From NCBI GenBank assembly GCA_951804945.1, contig OX638160.1:53506001-53570000 (forward strand): a stretch of DNA of 64,000 nucleotides, given 5' to 3'. The DNA is from Podarcis cretensis (Eukaryota). Of the stretch, positions 23,425-34,500 are shown piece by piece. The notes under the pieces are model-generated. The model ran no database searches, was not told the origin of the DNA, and saw only the letters and a program-made list of their open reading frames with translations. Position 1 is the stretch's first letter, and each line of letters opens with the position of its first letter. Position numbers and translations under genes: made by a program.

Positions 23425-23639
23425 CAGTGGTACCTCACATTACAGACGCTTCAGGTTACAGACTCAGCTAACCCAGAAATAGTACCTTGGGTTAAGAACT
23501 TTGCTTCAGGATGAGAACAGAAATCGTGCAGTGGCAGCAGGAGGCCCCATTAGCTAAATTGGTACCTCAGGTTAAGAACAGTTTCAGGTTAAGAACGGAC
23601 CTCCAGAACGAATCATGTTCTTAACCCAAGGTACCACTG
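23425..23639. mobile_element. Tigger-like MITE, family A
   Basis: TA|CAGTGGTACCTC...GGTACCACTG|TA; reverse complement of 4563-4780. Confidence 0.85.
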
Positions 23640-23761
23640 TATACCATATTACTGTAGCTTCACTGTACCCCCGCTGAACCTAGCAACCCCATTGAACTGA
23701 ATGGGTCATGATTGCCTTATATTCATTCTCTCTCTCACTCTCTCGTTTGCTCACTCTCTAG

Positions 23762-23843
23762 CCCAAAGGCTTTCGCCGCTACTACAGCTCTCCGCTACTC
23801 ATTCACGAGCAGTTTGGCTGCATCAAAGAAGTAATGCCTATTG
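23762..23843 (+). CDS. STAC: STAC coding exon 4 (PKGFRRYYSSPLLIHEQFGCIKEVMPI)
   Basis: Long pyrimidine tract then ctag|, |gtaagt donor; 82 nt; peptide as in STAC1. Confidence 0.97.
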
Positions 23844-24657
23844 GTAAGTTCAGATAGAATCTTGTTTTCTTATTGGTCCCCGCCCCCCAATTCTGCAAGT
23901 TGTAGCGTTCATTGATATCGCAAAGGCTTCTGTGCCCTTTCGCAATTGATGCTTAATCACAGCAAGACCTTGACTGAGTCCCTGCCCAGGTAATTCCCTC
24001 TGGGAGAACAAAAACCTCACAAGGGTAGCACTAGCAAACATCATTTCTTTCCACAGAGCAAGAGTGGGGAATAATCATTTTCAGTCTCTCCAAGACAAGC
24101 TTCATTGGAGGCCACATGCCAGTGGTGGCTGGGGCCAAGGGCCCAAGTAGGCAGAGCAGCAAATGTCAGTTTCACCTTTGTGCAGTAGGCTAGTTTCTAC
24201 AGACACTCCTCTCTAACCTCCACCTAGAGGCATTACCAGAGTTCACAGGTACATTCCAACCAGGCAAAAAGACACAGAGGTTGCAAGGCTCAGAAATAAA
24301 CTTAATCAAATTACTGGGTAAGAAGCTCTAAGGTGTGGATTTCAAATGAATACAGAAGTCCCAAACCAAGGTGAGGTCTCAGGTGACAAATCTGGGGTGC
24401 CATTCCGAGTAAGAAACAGAACTGACCCTGGAGCACACACAGAATTAGTAGCGTTTCTGTTTTCTGCAAGTCACATTGAAACGAATAAGAGTCTACCAAG
24501 TGCACTAGCACTGTGAGCTTCGCAGTGGATTTGGGCCATATTGATCGGTGGGAGCAGTTAGCATTTAGATTTTTCCATCGCAGGCAACAGAATGTCTTGA
24601 GTCATCCTTCAATGAACTGAAAGTCAAAGATGAGTAGCAAGATATGGGTTGCCCATA

Positions 24658-25014
24658 CAGTGGTGCCCCGCAAGACGAACGCCTCGCAAGACGGAAAACC
24701 CGCTAGACGAAAGGGTTTTCCGTTTTGGAGGCGCTTCGCAAAACGAATTTCCCTATGGGCTTGCTTCGCAAGACGAAAATGTCTTGTGAGTTCCTGCGGG
24801 GTTTTTCCCCTTTCCCCCCCCCTTTTCCTAAGCCGCTAAGCCGCTTATCAGCTGATCCGCTGATAAGCCGCTTAACAGCTGATCGCTAAGAGCCGCTAAA
24901 CCGCTAATAGCGCTAATCCGCTAAGCTGTCAATGGGCTTGCTTCGCAAGACAAAAAAACCGCTATACGAAGAGCCTCACGGAACGGATTAATTTCGTCTT
25001 GCGAGGCACCACTG
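24658..25014. mobile_element. Tigger-like MITE, family B
   Basis: TA|CAGTGGTGCC...GGCACCACTG|TA; near-identical to 5900-6246. Confidence 0.85.
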
Positions 25015-25199
25015 TATCTTGGCAAAATTAAAAGTAGTCACTGCACAAGCCTGGGACCCCCCAAGTCATCCAGTGAGTGCCCATTTGGACATTAGCATCC
25101 CTGATCCTATACTGACATTCTGATCGCTTACAACACATTTTGGGTTTGTTGTTATGTTTCTTATTCCCTCCCCCTCCCCCTCTTTCTTTTTTCTTTTCC

Positions 25200-25372
25200 T
25201 TTCTCCTCCTGCGATGAGGCTACATTTTAATATTTTAATGTTTCAATATTTTAATTTTGTTTTTAAGTTGTAGTCATTCAACTTGTTTTTATTATTGCTT
25301 GTTAACCGCCCTAAGCCCAGCCTTAGCTGGGGAGGGCGGGGTATAAATAAAAAATTGCTGTTGTTGTTGTTG
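25200..25372 (+). mobile_element. L2 3' tail fragment (second L2 family)
   Basis: gttaaccgccctaagccc...ggggagggcggggtataaataaaa, same tail as the 27480 and 31708 copies. Confidence 0.7.
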
Positions 25373-25649
25373 TTTGTTTGAGCTACTTTGAGCACAGTTT
25401 TGCAGAAAACTGGCATACAAATAAAGAGGTGGTGCTGATAATGATCACATTGGCTCTCTTTTCAGTTGTTCGGCAGAGACCTGGTTCCTGGACTTGGACC
25501 CTCTGCTGAACATCTGTTTTGGTCCATGGCCCAGGTGGATTACTTAGTTTCCATCTTGAAAGGATAAGCGATGTTTTTCAAGGAGGAAGAAGAACACTGT
25601 AACGTCCTATCTTTTCTCCCTGCTTTTCTGCGTTTCAATTCTTTTGCAG

Positions 25650-25765
25650 CTTGTGGCAACAAGGTTGACCCTGTCTATGAAACGCTTCGCTTTGGAACTT
25701 CCTTAGCCCAGAAAATGAAGAAAGGCAGTTCTGGGAGCAGCTCAGATTCACCAAAGAGGAACTCA
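25650..25765 (+). CDS. STAC: STAC coding exon 5 (ACGNKVDPVYETLRFGTSLAQKMKKGSSGSSSDSPKRNS)
   Basis: ttttgcag| acceptor, |gtaagt donor; 116 nt; contains the conserved STAC-family KVDPVYETLRFGTSL motif. Confidence 0.97.
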
Positions 25766-26294
25766 GTAAGTGTGCTGTTTTGGATTGTTGCCAGTTTTTT
25801 TTCTATATTATATCCACCTACTTTCACCAGAAAGGACTTGGGTGCCTGGTTACGTGCCACTTCTTACTATTAGTTACTAAACCTCTTCTGCAGGCACCTG
25901 ATTTCTTTGGGAATGATATATACTGCTTCACTGCCTGTACCTTGGTTGGTAATTTAACATTCTCTAATAAAAAAATAAAGATCTGAGCATCCCCATTCAT
26001 AATCACTCTGCCTGACACAGTGCTGATGGTGGTTTTTCAAACAGTGCCACCAATTTATAAGGGGTTCATAGTAGGCAAAAAAAGGAGACAAACCCTTGCC
26101 CCAATTTTAAAATATTGAAAAAAAGATGGGCAGCAGAAGAAAGGTACAGACAATGATAGTAAATCATTGAGCCAGCAAGAATGGGAGAGGCAATGGCAAG
26201 GAGGTGTTGATGTGAACAAATGCAGCTATTTGCACTCAGGGCTTTGGATTAAAAGGTTTGTGGAAAGGAGGAGGCATATGATAAAGAGAATGAG

Positions 26295-26636
26295 GTAAAG
26301 GTAAAGGGACCCTGGACCATTAGGTCCAGTCGTGGCCGACTCTGGGGTTGCGGTGCTCATCTTGCTTTACTGGCCGAGGGAGCCGGTGTACAGCTTCCGG
26401 GTCATGTGGCCAGCATGACTAAGCCGCTTCTGGCGAACCAGAGCAGCGCACGGAAACACCATTTACCTTCCCACCTATTTATCTACTTGCACTTTGATGT
26501 GCTTTCGAACTGCTAGGTTGGCAGGAGCAGGGACCGAGCAACGGGAGCTCACCCTGTCGCGGGGATTCGAACCACCGACCTTCTGATTGGCAAGTTCTAG
26601 GGTCTGTGGTTTAACCCACAGCGCCACCCGCATCCC
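26295..26636 (-). mobile_element. Sauria SINE, full length
   Basis: 11-bp TSD aagagaatgag at 26284-26294 and 26637-26647. Confidence 0.92.
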
Positions 26637-27479
26637 AAGAGAATGAGAGGCATCACCATATAGTCACTCCGGGAGAGAATTCCATGCATAAGGGGCAGCA
26701 ACTGAGAATGGACAGAATAATTTAAGATGTGAGATCTTCAGGTGGGTGAGGATGGTAGAGTTGATGGAACAGCACTGCCATCAGAAACACGAGTGGGCTT
26801 TGACGCAAATTCCACAGAATAAAAATCCACCCTCAATAGAATCTGGCTGGCATAGCCAGCAGAATGAAACAAAAGAACAGTCTTTAAATGACTCTGTAAG
26901 AGAGAGAGAAACAGAAACAGAACAGATGGGAAATCCCATTTTATGGGTTTGATTTAGAACACTGATAGGAAAACAAGGCCAGAACTATTTTTGATAATTA
27001 TGGGGAAGCCAACAGTCTCAAAACACTTGAAATGCTTACTTCTGCAAAATGGATTCACTGTGCACTGCACAGGTAGGATTGTGAATGATCACCAGCATTT
27101 CTATTTAAAAAAAACCAAAAAACAAAAGCTTGGACCTACTATAGGATCACAGTGCTGGGGTCATGCAAAGCAGATGACTGCTTTAAAAATATTATTTCAG
27201 CAAACCTACCTTTGCATGTAATTTTGTTATGTACACTTATTTTTTAATTCTGTTGATTTTATGTCTATTTTAGTAATTTTTATGTGTATACTTATTTTTA
27301 GACCTTACTAATTTTATTGTGTTTTAATAAATATTTTATTGAACATTTTGTTAAATAAATGAAATAAAACTGGCTTGTCTAATAATCACCTAGCAGAGGA
27401 TCTCTCAGTTGTCATCCCACTCTTCTGCCTGTGCTGAACTTCTCTTCTGTTCTTGAAATTTGGCATCAAATTTGGTGTG

Positions 27480-27929
27480 GCATGGGAACCACATACCTAC
27501 GGGGCTGCCTCTCCTGGTATGCCCTGCGGAGGCCCTTAAGGTCCACAAATGACAACACTTTGGAGGTCCCAGGTCGCAAGGTGGTTAGATTGGTCTCAAC
27601 TAGGGCCAGGGCCCTTTCAGTACTGGCCCCGACTTGGTGGAACGCTCTGTCACAAAAGACTAGACATCTTTCCGCAGGGCCTGCAAGACAGAGCTGTTCT
27701 GCCTGGCCTTTAGTTCAGACTCAGTCTGACCCTTAGGTTTCCCTCACCTTATGGTTTTGATCTATGGGCTACTATTAAAATGAGGCTGCATTTTAAATTG
27801 CATTTTAACCTGTATTTTAAATTGGTTTCCACACACCCCCCCTTATGTTTTTATTTTAATTTTACTGGTGTTAGCCGCCCTGAGCCCAGCTCTGGCCAGG
27901 GAGGGCAGGGTATAAATAAAAATAAAGTA

Positions 27930-27963
<34 letters not shown>
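27480..27963 (+). mobile_element. L2 LINE 3' fragment with (TTA)n tail
   Basis: YLRGCLSWYALRRPLRS...STRARALSVLAPTWWNAL, homologous to the 31708 copy. Confidence 0.85.
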
Positions 27964-27965
<2 letters not shown>

Positions 27966-29454
27966 ACATGCGTAGACTCCCTGGGGCTGGAACAGCATTA
28001 GCCCCTGAAAGCTCCTGAGGAACCAAACCCCTGAGCCAGCCCTTCCGTGGGTAGCCCACTGCCTCTAGCACCAGTGGAGAAGTGGCTCCAGCACTGGAAC
28101 CTATTTCAGGCCAGATATTGCAGAGTGGACAAGAGCTGACCCAAAATCTGCAAGATCTGACCCAAAATTGGCACCAGTGCTGGGAGCAGAGGCAACGGTG
28201 CAGGTGGCACAGGCGGCAGCAGCAGGTAGGGTGGCACCTCATTTCGTCTTAAGCGGCAAAATGGGACCCACCACTCCTTACACACAAACACACTTCTTAT
28301 TCTCCAGTGGAAAAAAAGTAGTGTTTGGAGGAGTGAATAGCTGGCCTGCGCATTCTTTAGCATTTCAACATGGCAGCAGTGGCAAGGCTGGATTCACCTT
28401 CAAACTAAATACACTCTAGAGCAGGGTCTCTGTTAAACTGGAAGCCCTAAATCTTCTGAAATTGCCTCTGTGTCAAAAAAAAAAGTGTGTTGTGCTCCAT
28501 GAACTTGGCTACTTTGAAATTCCCTACAGCTTTCCATAAGATGGGTAGATTTCAAGTATACGCTGTGCAGGGCAAATATTTTTAACTCTATATTCCTAAG
28601 AACTAATCCATTTCTATCTACTTTCACCACAAGCTTTAATACCTTGAAATAGGAGAGATAAGCAGAAGAATAACACGTATACAGCTGTGGAAAACAGACG
28701 GGGGATTCCTAACTTTCAAGTTCCTCCAAATGCAAACCAATTGTACACTTAGGTTCATTCCTTGGTATGGCCTCTGCCGGCGTTCACTGCTGTTAAGGCA
28801 TTGAAAATAAACCTCTCTAGTGACCAGTGAATGTTGAAATAGAGGCCCAAATGGTGTCTCTGGGCAGACTCCATTCTCACCAGCCACCCAGTTTACAGTT
28901 CCTCAGGAGTAAGCATGTACTTGTGTCTTCCATTGGGAAGAGCTTCTGTTCTGCAGGAATTCCACAGCTGCTAACGTTGCTGCTATTCCACTAAACTCAT
29001 CTACATGGAAACCTTTGCGTATTCCTAGAGAAATGGCCCTATTATAAACCCTCACAACTTATGAATGTTGTGTTTCCCCAAAGCAAATGCTACCTTTGTT
29101 CAAACGTTGTGATCTTTCCTCTTCGTTTCTTTAGCTTGTCCACAGACCAGAATTTCCACAAATGTAATTGTTTCTTGTCAAATCAGTAAAGCTTTCTGTT
29201 AAGTAATAAATGATTACTCAAGCATGCAAAACAGGAACATATTGCCAGCTTGCCTTGAAATTTTGATCAGATGGGGAGTGGGTGTAAGTACAGAATGCAA
29301 TACGTCGTGGGATTTACTCCTTGGCAAGTCAGGCTGTCAAGTAGTGGATTACGCATAAGTGTGTAGTACTTAAAACCACAGTCTTATTTGGAAGAAAACA
29401 CATGAAGTTCAGATCACTTGAGCGTGGGATTTCAGGATCCATGAAGGTATAGAG

Positions 29455-29590
29455 CAGGCATGGCCAAACTTGGCCCTCCAGATGTTTTGGGACTACAACT
29501 CCCATCATCCCTAGCTAACAGGACCAGTGGTCAGGGATGATGGGAATTGTAGTCCCAAAACATCTGGAGGGCCAAGTTTGGCCATGCCTG
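29455..29590. mobile_element. Near-perfect hairpin hAT MITE (136 bp)
   Basis: CAGGCATGGCCAAACTTGGCCCTCCAGATGTTTTGGGACTACAA arms; perfect 8-bp TSD GTATAGAG. Confidence 0.92.
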
Positions 29591-30715
29591 GTATAGAGGG
29601 ACCTTTTAAGCCACCAGTTGTTATTTTAAATCACTGTGATAAGACACACATTGATGGTGACGATTTTAATTTCTATGCTACCTTTCCGCTTCGATGTGTC
29701 CAGAGCTGCCTACAACACAGCAGTGATGCGAAATCAAGACAATGTATCATCACTGCAATAAACAGCTCTGGCGACCAATCCATTTCACATATAGCAATCC
29801 AAGCAATGATTTCATTTTGTTAATATTAACAGTGATATCCAACACCTTCCTAACAGCACTAGCCTTTGGGTCCCTGGGACTGTTCCTAAGACCTGTCAGT
29901 TCAATCAGTCACAATGGAGAGGCAGCTTACAAGTAAACAGACATGGGATAGAACTGTTCAACACCTACTGTGTATGCATCTATCAACCTCTACCTCTGTC
30001 CAAAAGCCAGTTCCCGATAATTTGTCAAGTTCTGATGTGACCACAAAAAAGAACGAGACTGTGCAGGCAAAGGGGTAGATCTATGCAAATGAAGTGATGT
30101 GCAGGTGAGCAGGTGGACTTAATTCTCAACAGATGCAATCAGTGCAATCTAGATTCCAGAGAACACCTTTTAGACCCCAGAGCATACCCTTTTAGGGAAA
30201 GGATAGAAATAAGGCACATGGTTGCAGTAGTGCAAAACCTGTCCGCTTCCCCAGGCACCAGATGGCTATACCAGACACTATACTCTCCAGAGGTCTTGCA
30301 AGATCTCCCTTCATGTGTGCTTCCTGTCATAAATACATTCTGTTGCATGATAATTTATGTTGTGCTGCTTCCTAGTTGTTACTGAGATGATGGAATTATA
30401 ATCTACTGCATATGTAAACTCCAAAAACCACATGTCCTTTTCCCTTAACTCCATTTTCCTCTCCTGTGTAAACAAAGAGCCCTGTTTGAATTAGATTCAG
30501 CATCTAGGTCTACAGCGCATCTAAATGTCCTGCTATTCTCCCATCAAATATTTGAACTCCACCTCTCAATAACATTTTGTCTTCAGTGTTGACACTTCCT
30601 GATTCCTTCCACACCCACCACCAAGCTGTTGCCATGTGCTTCAATCTCTTGCGCATCTATTTCTCATTTTTGCTCATTTTCACGCTTTCAAACCCCTTCT
30701 CCTCCTTTCTTACAG

Positions 30716-30797
30716 ACATCAGATTTGGCAGAAGTTCCTGAGGAAGGTGATAGTCCTGGAAGAGTATTGGACGTAAACAGGAAACGCAGCAATAGTG
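30716..30797 (+). CDS. STAC: STAC coding exon 6 (TSDLAEVPEEGDSPGRVLDVNRKRSNS)
   Basis: ttcttacag| acceptor, |gtacgt donor; 82 nt; phase consistent. Confidence 0.94.
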
Positions 30798-30861
30798 GTA
30801 CGTGCACAGCTCAGGTGTTCAGTGGCCCCCAAACAATCTTCAAACCAAGGAAAAATAATTA

Positions 30862-31117
30862 CCATATTTTTCGCACCATAGGGCGCACCGGAAATCAATT
30901 AAAAAAATGGATCCCGCTGGCTGCCTTGGCTTCCTCTTTAGCCCTGCTGGGAGAGGCTGCGCAGGGCTAAAGAAGCCATAGCCCCGTGCAGCCTCTCCCT
31001 GCCAGAGGGGTTGCACGCGGCTATGGCAGAAGCCTGCATTCGCTCCATAGGACGCACACACATTTCCCCTCAATTTTTGGAGGGGAAAAACTGCGTCCAA
31101 TGGAGCGAAAAATATGG
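30862..31117. mobile_element. Tc2-like MITE, short derivative, 64 bp downstream of exon 6
   Basis: TA|CCATATTTTTCGC ... GCGAAAAATATGG|TA. Confidence 0.78.
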
Positions 31118-31707
31118 TATAATCCCCATTAAATGTTTTCAGATCCCTGTTTATCATTCACCTGTTCTACCTTTAAAAGAAACTGTTGCCTGACTTGGCC
31201 TTGTATGAGTAACTTGTTGACAGATCTGACTGTGTGTGCCCCAACAAACACCAGCGGCACATTAACCATTCCTTTGAACAGCATCGGATTTCTTTACAGT
31301 CAGAAGCTCAGCACATAAATTATACTCCCTCTTAGAATATTTACTGAATTGCCCATGCTGTCTGCACAGACCTTTTGTCATGTTCCTGAAGTTCCCATGT
31401 CTCCAAGGCTTCTGGCATGCGGACATATGAAAAGGAATATACTTCAGGGCCAATGTTCTAGTTCAGTGGGCTTATTAACCATACTTACTCTGCGCTTTCC
31501 AGGCGCTTTAAAGCTCTGTGTCAAAGTGCGATCTCTCTGTGTAGCTTTCCCTGCGAAAACCGCTCTTTAAAGTTGAATTGGAGCAAACAACAATCTGCGG
31601 AAAACCCAACTTGCAGTTCGTTGCACTTCAGCTTTAAAAAGCAGGTCTTTGCAAGGAAACCTCTGGAGGAAAAAAAAAGTGCTCAGACATGGAGCTTGTG
31701 GAAAGAG

Positions 31708-32518
31708 CTGTGTCCGTTAAGAGTTTGAGTGTAATCTTCGATACCTCCCTCTCTATGGAGGCGCAGATTGCAGCTATAACAAAGGCGGCATTTTTTCATC
31801 TCCGCCAAGCTAAGCAGTTGGCTCCTTATCTCTCTCGCCCTGACCTAGCCTCTGTGATCCACGCGACGGTCACCTCCAGACTGGATTATTGTAACTCGCT
31901 CTACGTGGGGCTGCCCTTGAGACTGACCCAGAAACTCCAGCGGGTGCAGAATGCCGCAGCGAGACTCCTTATGGGGTCTTCACTGCGAGATCACATTCAT
32001 CCAGTACTATACCAGCTGCACTGGCTCCCGGTGGAGTACAGGATCAGGTTTAAGGTGCTGGTTTTAACCTTTAAACCCCTATATGGCTTAGGACCCTCGT
32101 ATCTACGGGACTGCCTCTCCTGGTATGTCCTACAGAGGAACCTACGGTCTGCAAATAAAAACATCCTGAAGGTCCCAGGCCACAGAGAGGTTAGGCTGGC
32201 CTCAACTAGAACCAGGGCTTTCTCAGCTGCGGCTCCAATCTGGTGGAACGCTCTGTCACAAGAGACAAGGGCCCTGCAGGACTTGACATCTTTCCGCAGG
32301 GCCTGCAAGACAGAGCTGTTCTACCAGGCCTTTGGTCAGTGCGCAGCCTGACTCTCTCCTCTGGCAATCTGCACAGAATTTTGCTTAACGGTTGCCATCA
32401 ATTTGATTTTAATTAATTTTTATAATGAAATGTTTTTAGAATGTTGGATTATTTGATTGTTGTTAGCCACCCTGAGCCCGGCTTCGGCTGGGGAGGGTGG
32501 GATATAAATAAAATAAAA

Positions 32519-32555
<37 letters not shown>

Positions 32556-32570
32556 GTTATTATTATTATT
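31708..32570 (+). mobile_element. L2 LINE 3' portion with an open ~215-codon ORF2 C-terminus and (TTA)n tail
   Basis: IHATVTSRLDYCNSLYVGLP...LQRVQNAAARLL...LHWLPVEYRIRFK, typical L2/CR1-group post-RT region. Confidence 0.92.
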
Positions 32571-33747
32571 AAAAGCAGGGCAAAAGTGCAGATAAGCCCA
32601 GTACAAGGGCATAACCTATGTCATATATCTTAGGTGATATTGGGATTTGGCTTGCGTCAAGCAGTCAACCCTGCTGTCGGGTACACCCCTGTCTTCACCC
32701 ACTGCATTTAATATTTCTATAGACTGCACAGTTTGTCCATGAGTGTAGACACATGTAGACTCCTATGCAAACATGAAATCCAGTCCACAAGTGATAAATA
32801 GGGCTAGGGACAGAATGGGCATTCCATGGCAGGTCTCTTACGAAAATTGGTCCATCTAGTTGAGCGTATTCTACACAGACCTTTCTCAACTGTTCCTGGA
32901 GACAACAGGAATGGAACTAGGGACCATCAAGGCAGATGCTCCAACACTTGAGCCACAGTCCTTCTCTTGTTCTTATGTCTAACGCTTTTGCAAGACACAT
33001 CATGTGGCCCGATGGAGTTCAATATTCAGCGCAGGGGAAGGTAGCCTACAATTGCTGATTCCTGGTCTTTTTGGCTACATGAGAAAATACCATCTTCCTT
33101 AGCTCAAAGCCATATTGTAGCAGATCAAATACTAAAACAAATTTAGTTTGTGTAATTTTCAAGATCCTCTTGCACGTGAGCATCATTTCCATTTTGTTTG
33201 TTTTTTAAAATCTCCCATCAAGAGTTGTTACATGAGCCAGTTACTGGGGGGTATTCAATAATGAGGCTGGTCAGGCAGGTGTTCATGGTCGCAGAAAAGC
33301 TGTATTTGCCGCCACATGTGGCAAGAAGTCATCCAGCATTACAAAGAGCTAATGGAAACATTTCACACCAGAGACACAGTATGCAACTGCCTTTGATTAT
33401 GGAACTGTTCTTTGAGATGACAGGTTGATGCTATTAATAGTGTGGGTGCTATTCATAGATGATATTAATAGCTGCTGCAGTACTTTGCATATAAAACCCC
33501 AAGCAGGGTTTAGCACTACCAAGGATTCACCAGTGGTGGAGATGTAGAGTCGAGATGGCTAAGAGCAACGTGATGACAACTGCTTTGCTATTTCATTTGC
33601 AGAAGGTGCTGCGCATTATGAGCGAAGTTTCAAAATGACAAAATGAAAGCAGATAGCATTGGAATAAAAGAAACACATGAAACAAATGGCTGACTTGTTT
33701 GGCAGCTAGGATTTTGGTCCTAATATTTGTTGTCCCCTTAATTACAG

Positions 33748-33818
33748 TGTTCACATACTCAGTAAATGGTACCGCGGACTTTGGAGATGAACCGAAGAAA
33801 ATAAACTCCATGCTACAG
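33748..33818 (+). CDS. STAC: STAC coding exon 7 (VFTYSVNGTADFGDEPKKINSMLQ)
   Basis: attacag| acceptor, |gtgatt donor; 71 nt; phase consistent; resembles STAC1 linker VFTY.NGT.DF. Confidence 0.9.
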
Positions 33819-34411
33819 GTGATTTGTTTTAATGTGACAATAAAGCTGCAATTTTGTACCTACTTTCCTGGGAGTAAGCCCCATGGGATTCAATGGGACC
33901 TACATTTAAGTAGGCATGTATATATACTGTGCTGTAACAAATCCGAAATTAAATTTCACATTCCTATGAAGAAGGTGGTTTTTACATATAGGGCAGTTTG
34001 GGATCACATAGTAGCAAAGTGACTCCTATGAGCGTCTATGAATGAGGCCTTATTTATGCCCATGACAAAGTGATTAACAGATTCTAAAGCATGGAGCCCA
34101 CTGCCAAAATCCAGAAATCTGGCAGCTTGTTAATTCTGTTTCAAAATTAGTCTAGAGACCGCGAAATAATAGATTTTCCTCATTTGGGTTCTCCATCCGG
34201 AAGTCGGGTTAAGATAAACACGGCAGTATATTTGGCTTGAACTTGACTATTACTCCCAATTGCTGTATCAACAAAACCACCCTACATCAAATCAGTACCT
34301 CATTTTCAGAGTGCATGTGGTTCAATTTGTCTATAGCTTTGTTCTATACATAACGCTACTGTTAAACAGATTCCATATCTCCTCTTCTTTCTTTCTTTCT
34401 CCACGCTGAAG

Positions 34412-34500
34412 GGATCTCTCAGTAAAGATGCAGTACAGACAGATGCCTATGTTGCCTTGTACAAATTTGTACCACAAGAGAATGAAGACTTGGAAATGAG
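34412..34500 (+). CDS. STAC: STAC coding exon 8 (GSLSKDAVQTDAYVALYKFVPQENEDLEMR; start of SH3-1)
   Basis: Pyrimidine tract then aag| acceptor, |gtagac donor; 89 nt; SH3 ALYKF motif. Confidence 0.93.

Noticed and set aside
31689-32351. Domesticated reverse-transcriptase gene
   Set aside because: Lacks the RT catalytic core, ends in a normal L2 tail, and has decayed relatives in the same window.
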